The notes under the pieces: model-generated
Told to the model about the DNA's origin: nothing
The model's input: only the letters and a program-made list of their open reading frames with translations
Database searches by the model: none
Assembly: GCA_964629085.1 (NCBI GenBank)
Contig: CAZVPR010000001.1
Coordinates: forward strand, 26,517 to 90,516
Reading direction: 5' to 3'
DNA: 64,000 nt
From: an uncultured Anaerolineales bacterium
GTDB lineage: Bacteria > Chloroflexota > Anaerolineae > Anaerolineales > UBA11858
Translations under genes and position numbers: made by a program
Shown: positions 56,419 through 64,000 of the stretch, piece by piece
How positions within the stretch are numbered: position 1 is the stretch's first letter
Layout: the number at the start of each line of letters is the position of its first letter

Positions 56419-57501
56419 CTATGCGCCAACATTCTCCCACCGGATATCCATGCCGTAAGGCATATCGATGAGGGCTTTTTTGCCCACCAATTGATCCAAA
56501 TCCCAGGCCATGAGCGCGCCTTCTGCAGCCGGGCGCAGGGGCTCGACCATGTCTGCAGCGAAAGATTCTCCAGCTTTGATATCGCGAGCTGCACGCAGAC
56601 AACGTCTTTGCAGGGAATAGGTTTCTTGTTCGCTCCCGGTAACAAATTTGTCATAGGAGCCAAGGGAACGTTCCAAGGTGCGCACCTGGTGCACCATTTC
56701 GGCCCAAGTCTCCGGGTTCATGGCGAATTTATGGTCCGGGCCTTCGCGGTCGTTACTGTCGGTAAAATGGCGCTCAATAACTCGCGCCCCGATGGCCACC
56801 GCACCGACAATCGGTGCCGGGCTGTGCGTATGATCGGAGAGACCTAATACCACGTCCGGAAACATCGCAGCATACGTCTTGAGCACGTTGATATTCAGAT
56901 GGTCATAATTGGAGTCGTCGGCCGTATAATTGGTATTGCACTGGAACAAAATGATTTGATCGTTGACCGCTTGAACAGCTCGCACGGCACGTACCACATC
57001 ACCCATATCCGCCGCTCCGGTTGCCATCAGGAAAGGTTTACCGGTTTTGGCCATCCGCACTAGCGCATCCGGCCATGACATCAACCCAGAGCCCGCTTTG
57101 AAGGCCGGCACGTAGGGTTCGAGCATATCGATGGCCTCATAATCATAAGGCGAGGAATAATAATGAATTCCCACTTTGTCACACTCTTCTTTGAGAATGG
57201 GAGTCCATTCAAACGGCACCGAGGCATCATCATACACTTCGAAAACGCTCTTGCTCCATTCTGCCTGATGAGAAAGTTGACCGCCCAGCGCTTTGAAACC
57301 GTAATCGGAGACGATCTTAGGGGCGCGGAAATTTTGGAATTTGGCGGCTTCAGCCCCAGCTTCTTCGGCCAGCCGAATCAGCTTTTTGGCACGTTCCAGA
57401 TCGCCATCGTGGTTGGCAGCGATATCGGCAATAAAATACGTGGGGTGGTTCAGGCCAATCTTGCGATCCGCAATTGTAATTTCTGGAGAAGGGATTTTCA
57501 T
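56419..57501 (-). CDS. NeuB-family ulosonic acid synthase (NeuB/PseI/LegI type) with SAF domain
   Basis: 360 aa. YFIADIAANHDGDLERAKKLIRLAEEAGAEAAKFQNF, PAFKAGSG, ATGAADMGDV, GLSDHT, and SAF region CLRAARDIKAGESF. Confidence 0.85.
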   Translation of the reverse strand: MKIPSPEITIADRKIGLNHPTYFIADIAANHDGDLERAKKLIRLAEEAGAEAAKFQNFRAPKIVSDYGFKALGGQLSHQAEWSKSVFEVYDDASVPFEWTPILKEECDKVGIHYYSSPYDYEAIDMLEPYVPAFKAGSGLMSWPDALVRMAKTGKPFLMATGAADMGDVVRAVRAVQAVNDQIILFQCNTNYTADDSNYDHLNINVLKTYAAMFPDVVLGLSDHTHSPAPIVGAVAIGARVIERHFTDSNDREGPDHKFAMNPETWAEMVHQVRTLERSLGSYDKFVTGSEQETYSLQRRCLRAARDIKAGESFAADMVEPLRPAAEGALMAWDLDQLVGKKALIDMPYGMDIRWENVGA

Positions 57502-57544
57502 TGGGCACTCCTTTTCGATATGTCCTTAGGAGAAACAGAAATGT

Positions 57545-57603
57545 GGAACCACGAAGACACAAAGACACTAAGTTTTTTCGACATTGCACCTTCCCTTCGT
57601 GCC
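57545..57603. repeat. Word-repeat region with short stem (CGAAG/GACAC-word type)
   Basis: ggaaccacgaagacacaaagacac (57545-57568). cacgaag (57550-56) pairs with cttcgtg (57595-601). Further cgaag words start at 57612 and 57642. Confidence 0.4.
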
Positions 57604-57648
57604 TGCCCCACCGAAGGTGTGCTCGTCTGCGACGTGCACATCGAAGAT

Positions 57649-57681
57649 GGCCCTACGGGCAACGGCAAGGGCCGCTTTTGG
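57649..57681 (+). terminator. Plus-strand hairpin followed by a short T-run, terminator-like, antisense to the gene flow
   Basis: ggccct-acgggcaacggca-agggcc (6-bp stem, 13-nt loop), then gcttttgg. No plus-strand CDS lies upstream. Confidence 0.25.
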
Positions 57682-57714
57682 CGTGAGTCTTAGTGGTGGA
57701 TAGTAATCAACTGA

Positions 57715-59787
57715 TTATTCTTTTGGAAAACTCTCACATTCCAAAAAGTTGACGACATTTTCAATAATTTCATCTCGCTCGGGGCTGGCAAAAGTCTCCG
57801 CTTCTAAATTTGACCAGATAACGCAAAACATATCCTGTACCCCTTCATCTCCCTTGTAGGCAAAGATGCTTAATGTCTGCGCTCGCTCCCAATCGCCGGC
57901 GCGGCCATAGGCTTCGATAAAGGGATACCATTCGACCTTATTGTCCGTATTGGGTTCAAAATCGTTCTCCTCGACAATTTTTCCTAGCGAAGTAATCTGC
58001 TCCCAATCCTGTTGGTGATAGGCAATACTGGCCTTTTCGAAGTAATAGCACCAGGTGTGGGGAGGTTCTTCGCCAAAGACATCCTGCCGAAGGAGTGTCG
58101 CTTCAGCTGGATCATGGATGATGCGGGAAAGGTTTGAAACTGGGATGGCAGCCTTGGTTATCCCCGTGATATTGGGATGCAAGGCATCTTGATCGCTCAA
58201 CACCCAGACACAACTGCCGGGGAAATCATAAAAGACAACCAGGTTATCATGCCCATACCCATCGAATTTTAGATTGCGGATACGATATTCGATCGGTTGG
58301 TTATCAAACAAGATGCTCATATCAGCAAAAAAATTGTCATCGATCTCAAAGAACCAATAGGGCTGCTGACCGGTTCCTTTGGGGTCTGAATACATGACAT
58401 TGATTGCAGAGCCGGTGGGATGCTCGCCAGTGTAATTGAACAAAGCCCCATCGGCCAGAATAGCAGTATTCTCTTTAACCGCCGGTGCGCGCCAATAAAG
58501 TTGCCAATAGAATTGGCGCTGTTCGACCCACTCCCAACGATATTCATTGGCGATGCGGAAATGAGCGCCAACGCCTAAACCGACGAATATGCTGATCAGA
58601 ATCAGTTGGGTCTTGCGATTGGATGTAATCCAAACCACCAGGCAAACCAGAACAATTCCTGCGCCAATCAAGGCGGGCAAAGCAATACGATCCGAAAAAA
58701 GCCCGCGCGTGATTTCTCGGCCGACCAGCCATCCGGGTAGCATCCCCACAAATATGGCATACATGCCAAATACCAGAGCTTCTTTCAGCCAGCCCGCCTT
58801 TGAGGGGGATTCTTCTAAAGGTGGAGAGATCAAGCTTCCAAAGATATACGCAACTAATCCAACAAAAGCGCCTACAATCCAGGCAATTAATGACGAAGGA
58901 GATTCCAGATCGATCAAATTTGGTTGCAAGGACCCGTACCAGGCCATTGAAAGAATAGCGACAAAATCTCGCAGTACCGTTTGAACAAATCGTCGGATTC
59001 CATTGACGGGTTCAGCGATAATATGGGAGAGCAGCAACAAACTATTCGTGTCACCATCTTCGAAATCCACCCAGACAAAGCGCCAAAGTGCAACCAGAAG
59101 CAAAACCACCAAATAGGGGCTCCATGATTTCGCCAGCTTGGATATTTTTTCCCTGTTGGTGTTCTCTGCGTTCTTGGAAAGAACGATCCAAAGCGCGGCT
59201 GGACGAAGCAATTCCAGGCCCCAAAAATATTCCATCGTCAGCAGGTGTAAAGCGGCAGCGATAACAGACACAACAAACATTGCGATTGGGCGTTTATTAG
59301 ACACCATGGACAGCATCGCCCCCACAGATAATACAAAGAAGGCATACGATATGAAATGCTGGCTGTAGGCAACCGCGATAGATTGCTGCATAAATACGGG
59401 ATGGACGATAAAAATCAATATCATCCAGAAAACTTCTTTTTTTCTGTCAGGCCAAAGTTGCCGCAGAATCCAATAGACACCCCAGGCAGTCAGCCAGCGC
59501 AGCAGTATCGTGAAAATCTGCCAATTCAAAGGGAAAAGACCAAGAATCGGTTCGAATACCAAAAAGGTCCAGGCAGAAAACGGACGGTCAGATTGGTAAA
59601 ACTCCCACAAATCGATTTCGGCGTGTAGGGCCACGAATGCGGTCCAATCATCGAAATATAGTCCTAATTGCGAGGCCAACAAGCCGTAGGTGAGAAAGCT
59701 TACTACCAACAGGAATAACGGAGCACTCCACCATTGCTGGAAGTATTTCGAATATTTGCTCAAATCAGTGTATTTCGTCAAATCCAT
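57715..59787 (-). CDS. Large polytopic membrane protein (possible GtrII/GT-C-like glycosyltransferase) with C-terminal soluble helical domain
   Basis: 690 aa. The first loop LGLYFDDWTAFVALHAEIDLWEFYQSDRPFS has a DD motif. It has 12 or more TMs and a soluble tail of about 230 aa. Confidence 0.45.
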   Translation of the reverse strand: MDLTKYTDLSKYSKYFQQWWSAPLFLLVVSFLTYGLLASQLGLYFDDWTAFVALHAEIDLWEFYQSDRPFSAWTFLVFEPILGLFPLNWQIFTILLRWLTAWGVYWILRQLWPDRKKEVFWMILIFIVHPVFMQQSIAVAYSQHFISYAFFVLSVGAMLSMVSNKRPIAMFVVSVIAAALHLLTMEYFWGLELLRPAALWIVLSKNAENTNREKISKLAKSWSPYLVVLLLVALWRFVWVDFEDGDTNSLLLLSHIIAEPVNGIRRFVQTVLRDFVAILSMAWYGSLQPNLIDLESPSSLIAWIVGAFVGLVAYIFGSLISPPLEESPSKAGWLKEALVFGMYAIFVGMLPGWLVGREITRGLFSDRIALPALIGAGIVLVCLVVWITSNRKTQLILISIFVGLGVGAHFRIANEYRWEWVEQRQFYWQLYWRAPAVKENTAILADGALFNYTGEHPTGSAINVMYSDPKGTGQQPYWFFEIDDNFFADMSILFDNQPIEYRIRNLKFDGYGHDNLVVFYDFPGSCVWVLSDQDALHPNITGITKAAIPVSNLSRIIHDPAEATLLRQDVFGEEPPHTWCYYFEKASIAYHQQDWEQITSLGKIVEENDFEPNTDNKVEWYPFIEAYGRAGDWERAQTLSIFAYKGDEGVQDMFCVIWSNLEAETFASPERDEIIENVVNFLECESFPKE

Positions 59788-59797
59788 AATTGAAAAA

Positions 59798-60721
59798 TCA
59801 GGCCTCGGCCATACAAAGGTCCCGAACCTGCTGTGGATAATTCTGTTGATAAAGCTGGTAAAAGCGCTCGATCCCTGTGGATAATGTCGGGGGGACTCGC
59901 CCTAAATCGTGGATAAGTTTGTCAACATTCAGAGAAAGCTGTGGAGAACGTACAGCAGTGAGCCCGCCTTCGGACACGGAAACAGGCGCAATCAGGTCTG
60001 AATCAAAGCCAAACTTATTGGCGATGGCCACGCCAAAATCATATTTAGTGGAACTCTCGCTGCTGACCACATGATAGAGACCACTCAAGTTTTTATCAAG
60101 CATGCCAAAAAACAGATCAGCAATGTCATTCACCAATAAGGGGCAAAAATATACATCTGTGAATCCTTTGATCTGATTCCCTGCCTTCAGGTTGTTGAAG
60201 AAAAATTCTGCCAGACTGCGCTTTCCACTAGGACTCCATCCGAAAATGTTGATGCGTGCCACAATAGCATTTGAAGATGCATCCAAGACAGCCCGTTCTC
60301 CATCGAGTTTCGTCTGTGCGTAAATATTGATGGGGGTAGGTTCATCATCCTCGCGATAATCACCCTGTTGACCATCGAACACAGCATCAGTAGAGACATG
60401 CAACAGGCGCGCTCCGCCCCTGGCGACATGTTTCGCCAGTTTGCCAGGTAATTCTGTATTCAGATTGCTGGCCAACTCAGGTTCACGTTCGCACTCATCT
60501 ACATTGGCCAGTGCGGCGCAGTGGATCACCCAATCGGGTTGTGTCTCATCAAGGATGCGCTCCACTACACCGGGATCGAGCAAGTCGGCCACCACGGGCG
60601 TGAAGGCCGCTGTTTTCTGGGGGCAGCTACGATCCACCCCGAAAACAGTGTGGTTACGGGCGGCTTCCAAGGCCAAATTGCTGCCCAATAGTCCGCCTGT
60701 ACCGGTAATCAATACGCGCAT
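59798..60721 (-). CDS. RmlD-like NAD(P)H-dependent nucleotide-sugar 4-reductase (extended SDR)
   Basis: 307 aa. MRVLITGTGGLLGSNL, VIHCAALANVDECE, and YAQTKLDGE (YxxxK). A GAGGTGA RBS is present. Confidence 0.75.
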   Translation of the reverse strand: MRVLITGTGGLLGSNLALEAARNHTVFGVDRSCPQKTAAFTPVVADLLDPGVVERILDETQPDWVIHCAALANVDECEREPELASNLNTELPGKLAKHVARGGARLLHVSTDAVFDGQQGDYREDDEPTPINIYAQTKLDGERAVLDASSNAIVARINIFGWSPSGKRSLAEFFFNNLKAGNQIKGFTDVYFCPLLVNDIADLFFGMLDKNLSGLYHVVSSESSTKYDFGVAIANKFGFDSDLIAPVSVSEGGLTAVRSPQLSLNVDKLIHDLGRVPPTLSTGIERFYQLYQQNYPQQVRDLCMAEA

Positions 60722-60731
60722 GTTTCACCTC

Positions 60732-60813
60732 GTGTACCTGTCCGCCTGTTTTTCTCCTGAATACAGGTAAACAGGTACACAAGGTAAATTTGCATGTTAT
60801 GTTAATTTACCTT
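60732..60813. repeat. Two adjacent hairpins between pseB and the reductase gene (ACAGG-word type plus a 10-bp perfect palindrome)
   Basis: Hairpin 1: gtgtacctgtccgcctgt (60732-49) pairs with acaggtaaacaggtacac (60763-80). Hairpin 2: aaggtaaatt (60781-90) pairs with aatttacctt (60804-13) perfectly, with a 13-nt loop. Its right arm encodes the last pseB codons. Confidence 0.75.
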
Positions 60814-61803
60814 GTGCGTAGGCTTCTTCAAAAGGAGCCACGATCTTTTTAATCTGTTCGACGTTGAGCCATTCGGTGTTCTCGGCGCTGGAGTAACGAA
60901 AACCATCTTCGACAGGCTTACCTTGTTCTGGCCAGGTTCCACCAAACCAGAATGCTTCCACAGGTTGGACCACGTACATATCATCCAATTCAACGGTAGA
61001 GCGCGACTCATCGCGCGAAATCAACATCTCGTGGAGCTTTTCACCGGGCCGAATGCCGATAAATTTCATTTCTGAATCGGGCGCAATCGCTTTGGCCAGA
61101 TCGACAACATTCATACTGGGAATCTTGGGAACGAAGACTTCACCGCCCTTCATCTGTTCGATGCTGCGAATGACAAAGCGTACACCTTGATCTAGAGAAA
61201 GCCAAAATCGGGTCATGCGTTCGTCGGTGATGGTCAGAACACCGCTGTCACGCTGACGCAGAAAGACAGGCACAACGCTGCCGCGACTGCCGACAACATT
61301 GCCATATCGCACGCAACTCATGCGAGGCTCTTTACCACCAGCATAGGAGTTACTTTGAACAACCAGTTTTTCTGCTGCCAATTTCGTAGCCCCATAAAGA
61401 TTGACCGGGTTGACGGCTTTGTCGGTGCTCAATGCCAAAACCTTTTTGACTCCGGTATCCAAGGCGGCATCCACAACATTGCTGCTACCCAGGATATTGG
61501 TCTTGATGGCTTCCATGGGGTTGTATTCGCATGCCGGCACCTGTTTCAAAGCCGCAGCATGGACTGCAATGTCCACACCGCGCATAGCTCTTTTCATACG
61601 CTCCAGATCGCGCACATCACCAATAAAGAAGCGCAAGTTCGGGTAATCAAAACCAGCTGCTTTCATTTCATGTTGCTTTAATTCATCACGGCTGTAAACA
61701 ATCACTTTCGCCGGTTGATACTCTTTCAAAAGAATGCTGATGAATTTTTTTCCAAAGGAACCCGTTCCACCGGTTACGAGGACAACTTGATCTTTCCAAT
61801 TCA
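60797..61803 (-). CDS. pseB: UDP-N-acetylglucosamine 4,6-dehydratase (inverting), PseB/FlaA1 type
   Basis: The track ORF starts at 61864. I prefer ATG 61803 (MNWKDQVVLVTGGTGSFGKK), which has a GGAGGA RBS 5 nt upstream. There are long stretches of near-identity, by recollection, to Helicobacter PseB: VYSRDELKQHEM, FFIGDVRDLERM, HAAALKQVP..EYNP.E.IKTNI.G, LYGATKL, RYGNVVGSRGSVVP, RMTRFW, GGE.FVPKIPSM, IGIRPGEKLHE. Confidence 0.9.
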
Positions 61804-61896
61804 TAAATTCCTCCATATAAAAATCTAGAAATCCGTATTTTCGATAGTTCAGCTTGATTGACAAATTCGTTTTTAGACTGGATTTCTTTTTCGCAT

Positions 61897-62778
61897 CTAA
61901 GATTTACGAATGACTACAAGCGGATATTGGCCATGCTCGCCAAAAAATCGCGGGAAGCGCTCTTCACACCAGAATAGTAAACGCAGCAACACACGCCCAC
62001 ACCAACCTGAATGGATGAAGGTGCGCATATGTTTGACACTGACGCCGCGCCAGACGAAGATGTCAAACGGCATCAATGGTTCAAGCTGCGCTTTCAGCCA
62101 ATCAGCGCCGTATTTGCGAACAAAAGTACTCTTGGGTTTGTCGCCCCGAGGTTTTTCCGCGGGTTTAGCCGGGTGTTCAGGAGGGGCAACGCCAAAAATG
62201 CGCCGCAGAATGCCAATGATGCGATTCGTCCAACGCATGGGAACAACCAACAAGCGTGGGATCAGCGCGTCCCCCCATCCATTTACTACCACAGCCTGAC
62301 TCTCAGCCGCCAAAACCCGATACAACTCTTGATATGCAGGGATGTGTTCATCAGGCGGCAAATGGTGAATTGTGTGCAAAGAAACAATACCTTCGAAAAC
62401 TTCGGGCTTAAATGGCAAGCGAGCTATATCTGCAACCACGCACAAACCTTTTTCTCCGGTTCGTTTGCGGGCATCTAACAAGGCTACATGAGAAATATCC
62501 GCGCAAACCCGGAAATCGTATCCCTTGGAATATTCTAAATACTCCGGATACTGGATCGGCCCCGAACCAGCATCGAGCATAAATCGCCCCTCAGGGTTCA
62601 AGTGCCGCGCAACCCGTAAATGACAACGGTGAATATAGTCACGCGCCACCGGTCTCAAATCTTCATAGCGCGCATTCTGATAGACCCCTTCACTGACCTG
62701 CTGCCAGCCAACCTGGTCATAAAACTGGCGTACTTGTTGCTTGATTTCTAATTCTGTAGACATACTTATTGGGTCCAA
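61897..62778 (-). CDS. Class I SAM-dependent methyltransferase
   Basis: 293 aa. Motif I is FMLDAGSGPIQYPEY. HTIHHLPPDE is also present. Confidence 0.7.
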   Translation of the reverse strand: MDPISMSTELEIKQQVRQFYDQVGWQQVSEGVYQNARYEDLRPVARDYIHRCHLRVARHLNPEGRFMLDAGSGPIQYPEYLEYSKGYDFRVCADISHVALLDARKRTGEKGLCVVADIARLPFKPEVFEGIVSLHTIHHLPPDEHIPAYQELYRVLAAESQAVVVNGWGDALIPRLLVVPMRWTNRIIGILRRIFGVAPPEHPAKPAEKPRGDKPKSTFVRKYGADWLKAQLEPLMPFDIFVWRGVSVKHMRTFIHSGWCGRVLLRLLFWCEERFPRFFGEHGQYPLVVIRKS

Positions 62779-64000
62779 ACGATAGGTTTCCCAAGCAAAT
62801 ATTCGAAAGACCTACCGAAAATGGCCATTCCTTCATCGGATAGAACCTTTGCCAATGGCCAGCGCTGAATATCATCTTCGAAATACTGCACATGCCAGGG
62901 ATAAGGTTGGGGATATTTGAAAAAGAAGCGATAGGCATACGTCCAGGCCGCTTCGACTGCCGTTCGGCTGGGTCGGTGCTTTTGAGGGTCTTTCAGCACC
63001 CGCTGGAGAGTCTCGAAAAATTCATCCCATGAGTCTGGATCCTGGGTGAAACCTTTGTCACGGTAATGAGTCTGCCCAGTAACAATGACCGGCAGACCGC
63101 TCATGGCCATCTCCATCCCCAGAGTGGTCGTAAATACCAGACCAACATCGGCAACATGCACCAGGTCGTAAGCATTTACCTTGGCGTCGGCCGCTAGCAA
63201 GTGAATGTGGTCGGGCAAGTTGGGGAACTTTTCATTCAAAATATCATAGACTGCCGGGCCCCAGCCAATCAATTCGCCAGGATGAGTTTTAATCACAAAT
63301 TGCACATCATCCCGCCCAAGGAAGTACTCAATGGTGCGCTGCAACCATTCAGTCATGCTGCTGCTGAAAAGCTGCCGTCCTAGTGTTAGGCTGTCACCGA
63401 GAACATTGGTCGGCAAGAATACCACCGGGCGTGAATCCAGGCCTAATTCTTGGCGAACATCACCACCTTGTTGAACGGGTGTCTCCTGCCAAAGGCGCAC
63501 AAAAGTTTCCCACAAATCGCCCTTCTGCCGCGCCGAGAAGAAATCCTTGACCCGGCTCCACTCATCTTCACTGAGTGATTTTTCTTTATTGGCCTCCCAG
63601 AGCGGGCCGGTATCCTGGCGCATAACATCGTCATCCTGAGCCAACCACATGCGGTCATTCTGCTCACCGAATTCAAAGGTCATCACAGGAATGCCCAAAT
63701 AACGTGCTACATGATAAGTAATTCCAAATTCCAAAATACTGCCATTAGGGACCACAATCACATTAGGGCGGTTTTTTTCGATCTGAGCTAGCAACCGCAA
63801 AGCATGTCGTCGGTTGCGTTCCAGGCGCAGACGGTATAAGTCGCTATCCACCTCGACGTCTTCACGCAACTCACTATATTGAGTATCGCGAAAAGCGGCA
63901 TCATCCATAAGATCAGCCAATTCTTTTGGTAATTCCTTCGCCAGTGGGGCATCTAGGAAGGGCACCATTTTGATCAGCGTTTCGGCCGGTTTGAGGGTAT
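62766..64000 (-). CDS. GT-B enzyme with HP motif, Capsule_synth (KpsC/KpsS)-like (5' end possibly beyond window)
   Basis: VQFVIKTHPGELIGWG...VGLVFTTTLGMEMAMSGLPVIVTGQTHY. The track start is ATG 63968, but the frame stays open upstream to position 64000 (..TLKPAETLIKMVPF), so the true start may lie outside the window. Confidence 0.5.
   Translation of the reverse strand, partial: TLKPAETLIKMVPFLDAPLAKELPKELADLMDDAAFRDTQYSELREDVEVDSDLYRLRLERNRRHALRLLAQIEKNRPNVIVVPNGSILEFGITYHVARYLGIPVMTFEFGEQNDRMWLAQDDDVMRQDTGPLWEANKEKSLSEDEWSRVKDFFSARQKGDLWETFVRLWQETPVQQGGDVRQELGLDSRPVVFLPTNVLGDSLTLGRQLFSSSMTEWLQRTIEYFLGRDDVQFVIKTHPGELIGWGPAVYDILNEKFPNLPDHIHLLAADAKVNAYDLVHVADVGLVFTTTLGMEMAMSGLPVIVTGQTHYRDKGFTQDPDSWDEFFETLQRVLKDPQKHRPSRTAVEAAWTYAYRFFFKYPQPYPWHVQYFEDDIQRWPLAKVLSDEGMAIFGRSFEYLLGKPIVWTQ

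Noticed and set aside
56336-56847. Track ORFs 56336..56602 (-), 56409..56663 (-) and 56368..56847 (+)
   Set aside because: They are out of frame with, or antisense to, the NeuB-family gene, or they run into the structured gap. The translations are Arg/Cys/Gly-rich with no motifs. The only protein-like reading in the gap is the four-helix-bundle fragment in another frame.
57163-57693. 176-aa plus-strand ORF running from inside the NeuB-family gene into the 57502-57714 gap
   Set aside because: Most of it is antisense to the NeuB-family CDS. The gap portion has no start or RBS of its own, so I do not treat it as coding.
61804-61864. N-terminal 20-codon extension of pseB (track start 61864), and the similar 13-codon extension of the lipoprotein (38342..38380)
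   Set aside because: A strong GGAGGA RBS precedes ATG 61803, and PseB homologues begin close to the GGTGSFG motif. For the lipoprotein, ATG 38341 has an AGGA RBS and gives a proper signal peptide plus lipobox.

Overview
The window is one very large cell-surface glycan biosynthesis island. It is almost unidirectional: I count 53 of 55 credible CDS on the minus strand, and many have 1-nt or 4-nt stop/start overlaps. I recognised no rRNA, tRNA, CRISPR array, transposase, integrase or phage genes. All family calls come from motifs I can read in the translations. No database search was possible.

Content, left to right:
- A few envelope proteins: a TPR-like partial gene, a YtxH protein and an HExxH peptidase.
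- A Wzy_C-type polymerase/ligase and a Wzz-like co-polymerase.
- A Wzm/Wzt ABC exporter.
- A 1215-aa protein that fuses a methyltransferase, a helical repeat and two GT-B domains.
- At least four PMT_2/ArnT-like GT-C membrane glycosyltransferases, plus three further large polytopic proteins of unknown family.
- Many GT2 and GT4 enzymes.
- A sulfation module: a fused ATP-sulfurylase/APS-kinase, two sulfotransferases and a TauE-type permease.
- Two ulosonic-acid modules: two NeuB-family synthases (one fused to a xylose-isomerase-like TIM barrel), three CTP_transf_3 cytidylyltransferases, PseB, a CstII/DUF115-like transferase and three 'HP-motif' GT-B enzymes.

The non-coding gaps are unusual. 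Nearly every gap of about 60 nt or more holds a hairpin built from short tandem 'words' and their inverted copies. Two gaps share a ~100-nt element, and one copy is flanked by a 15-bp direct repeat. One stem pair encloses a decayed four-helix-bundle (23S-rRNA-IVS-family) gene fragment.

The most interesting hypotheses are:
1. A single-polypeptide terminator/ruler/polymerase for the ABC-dependent glycan.
2. A sulfated glycan that also carries ulosonic acid.
3. A mobile or structured intercistronic element family.

No initiating phosphoglycosyltransferase or Wzx flippase was recognised in the window.
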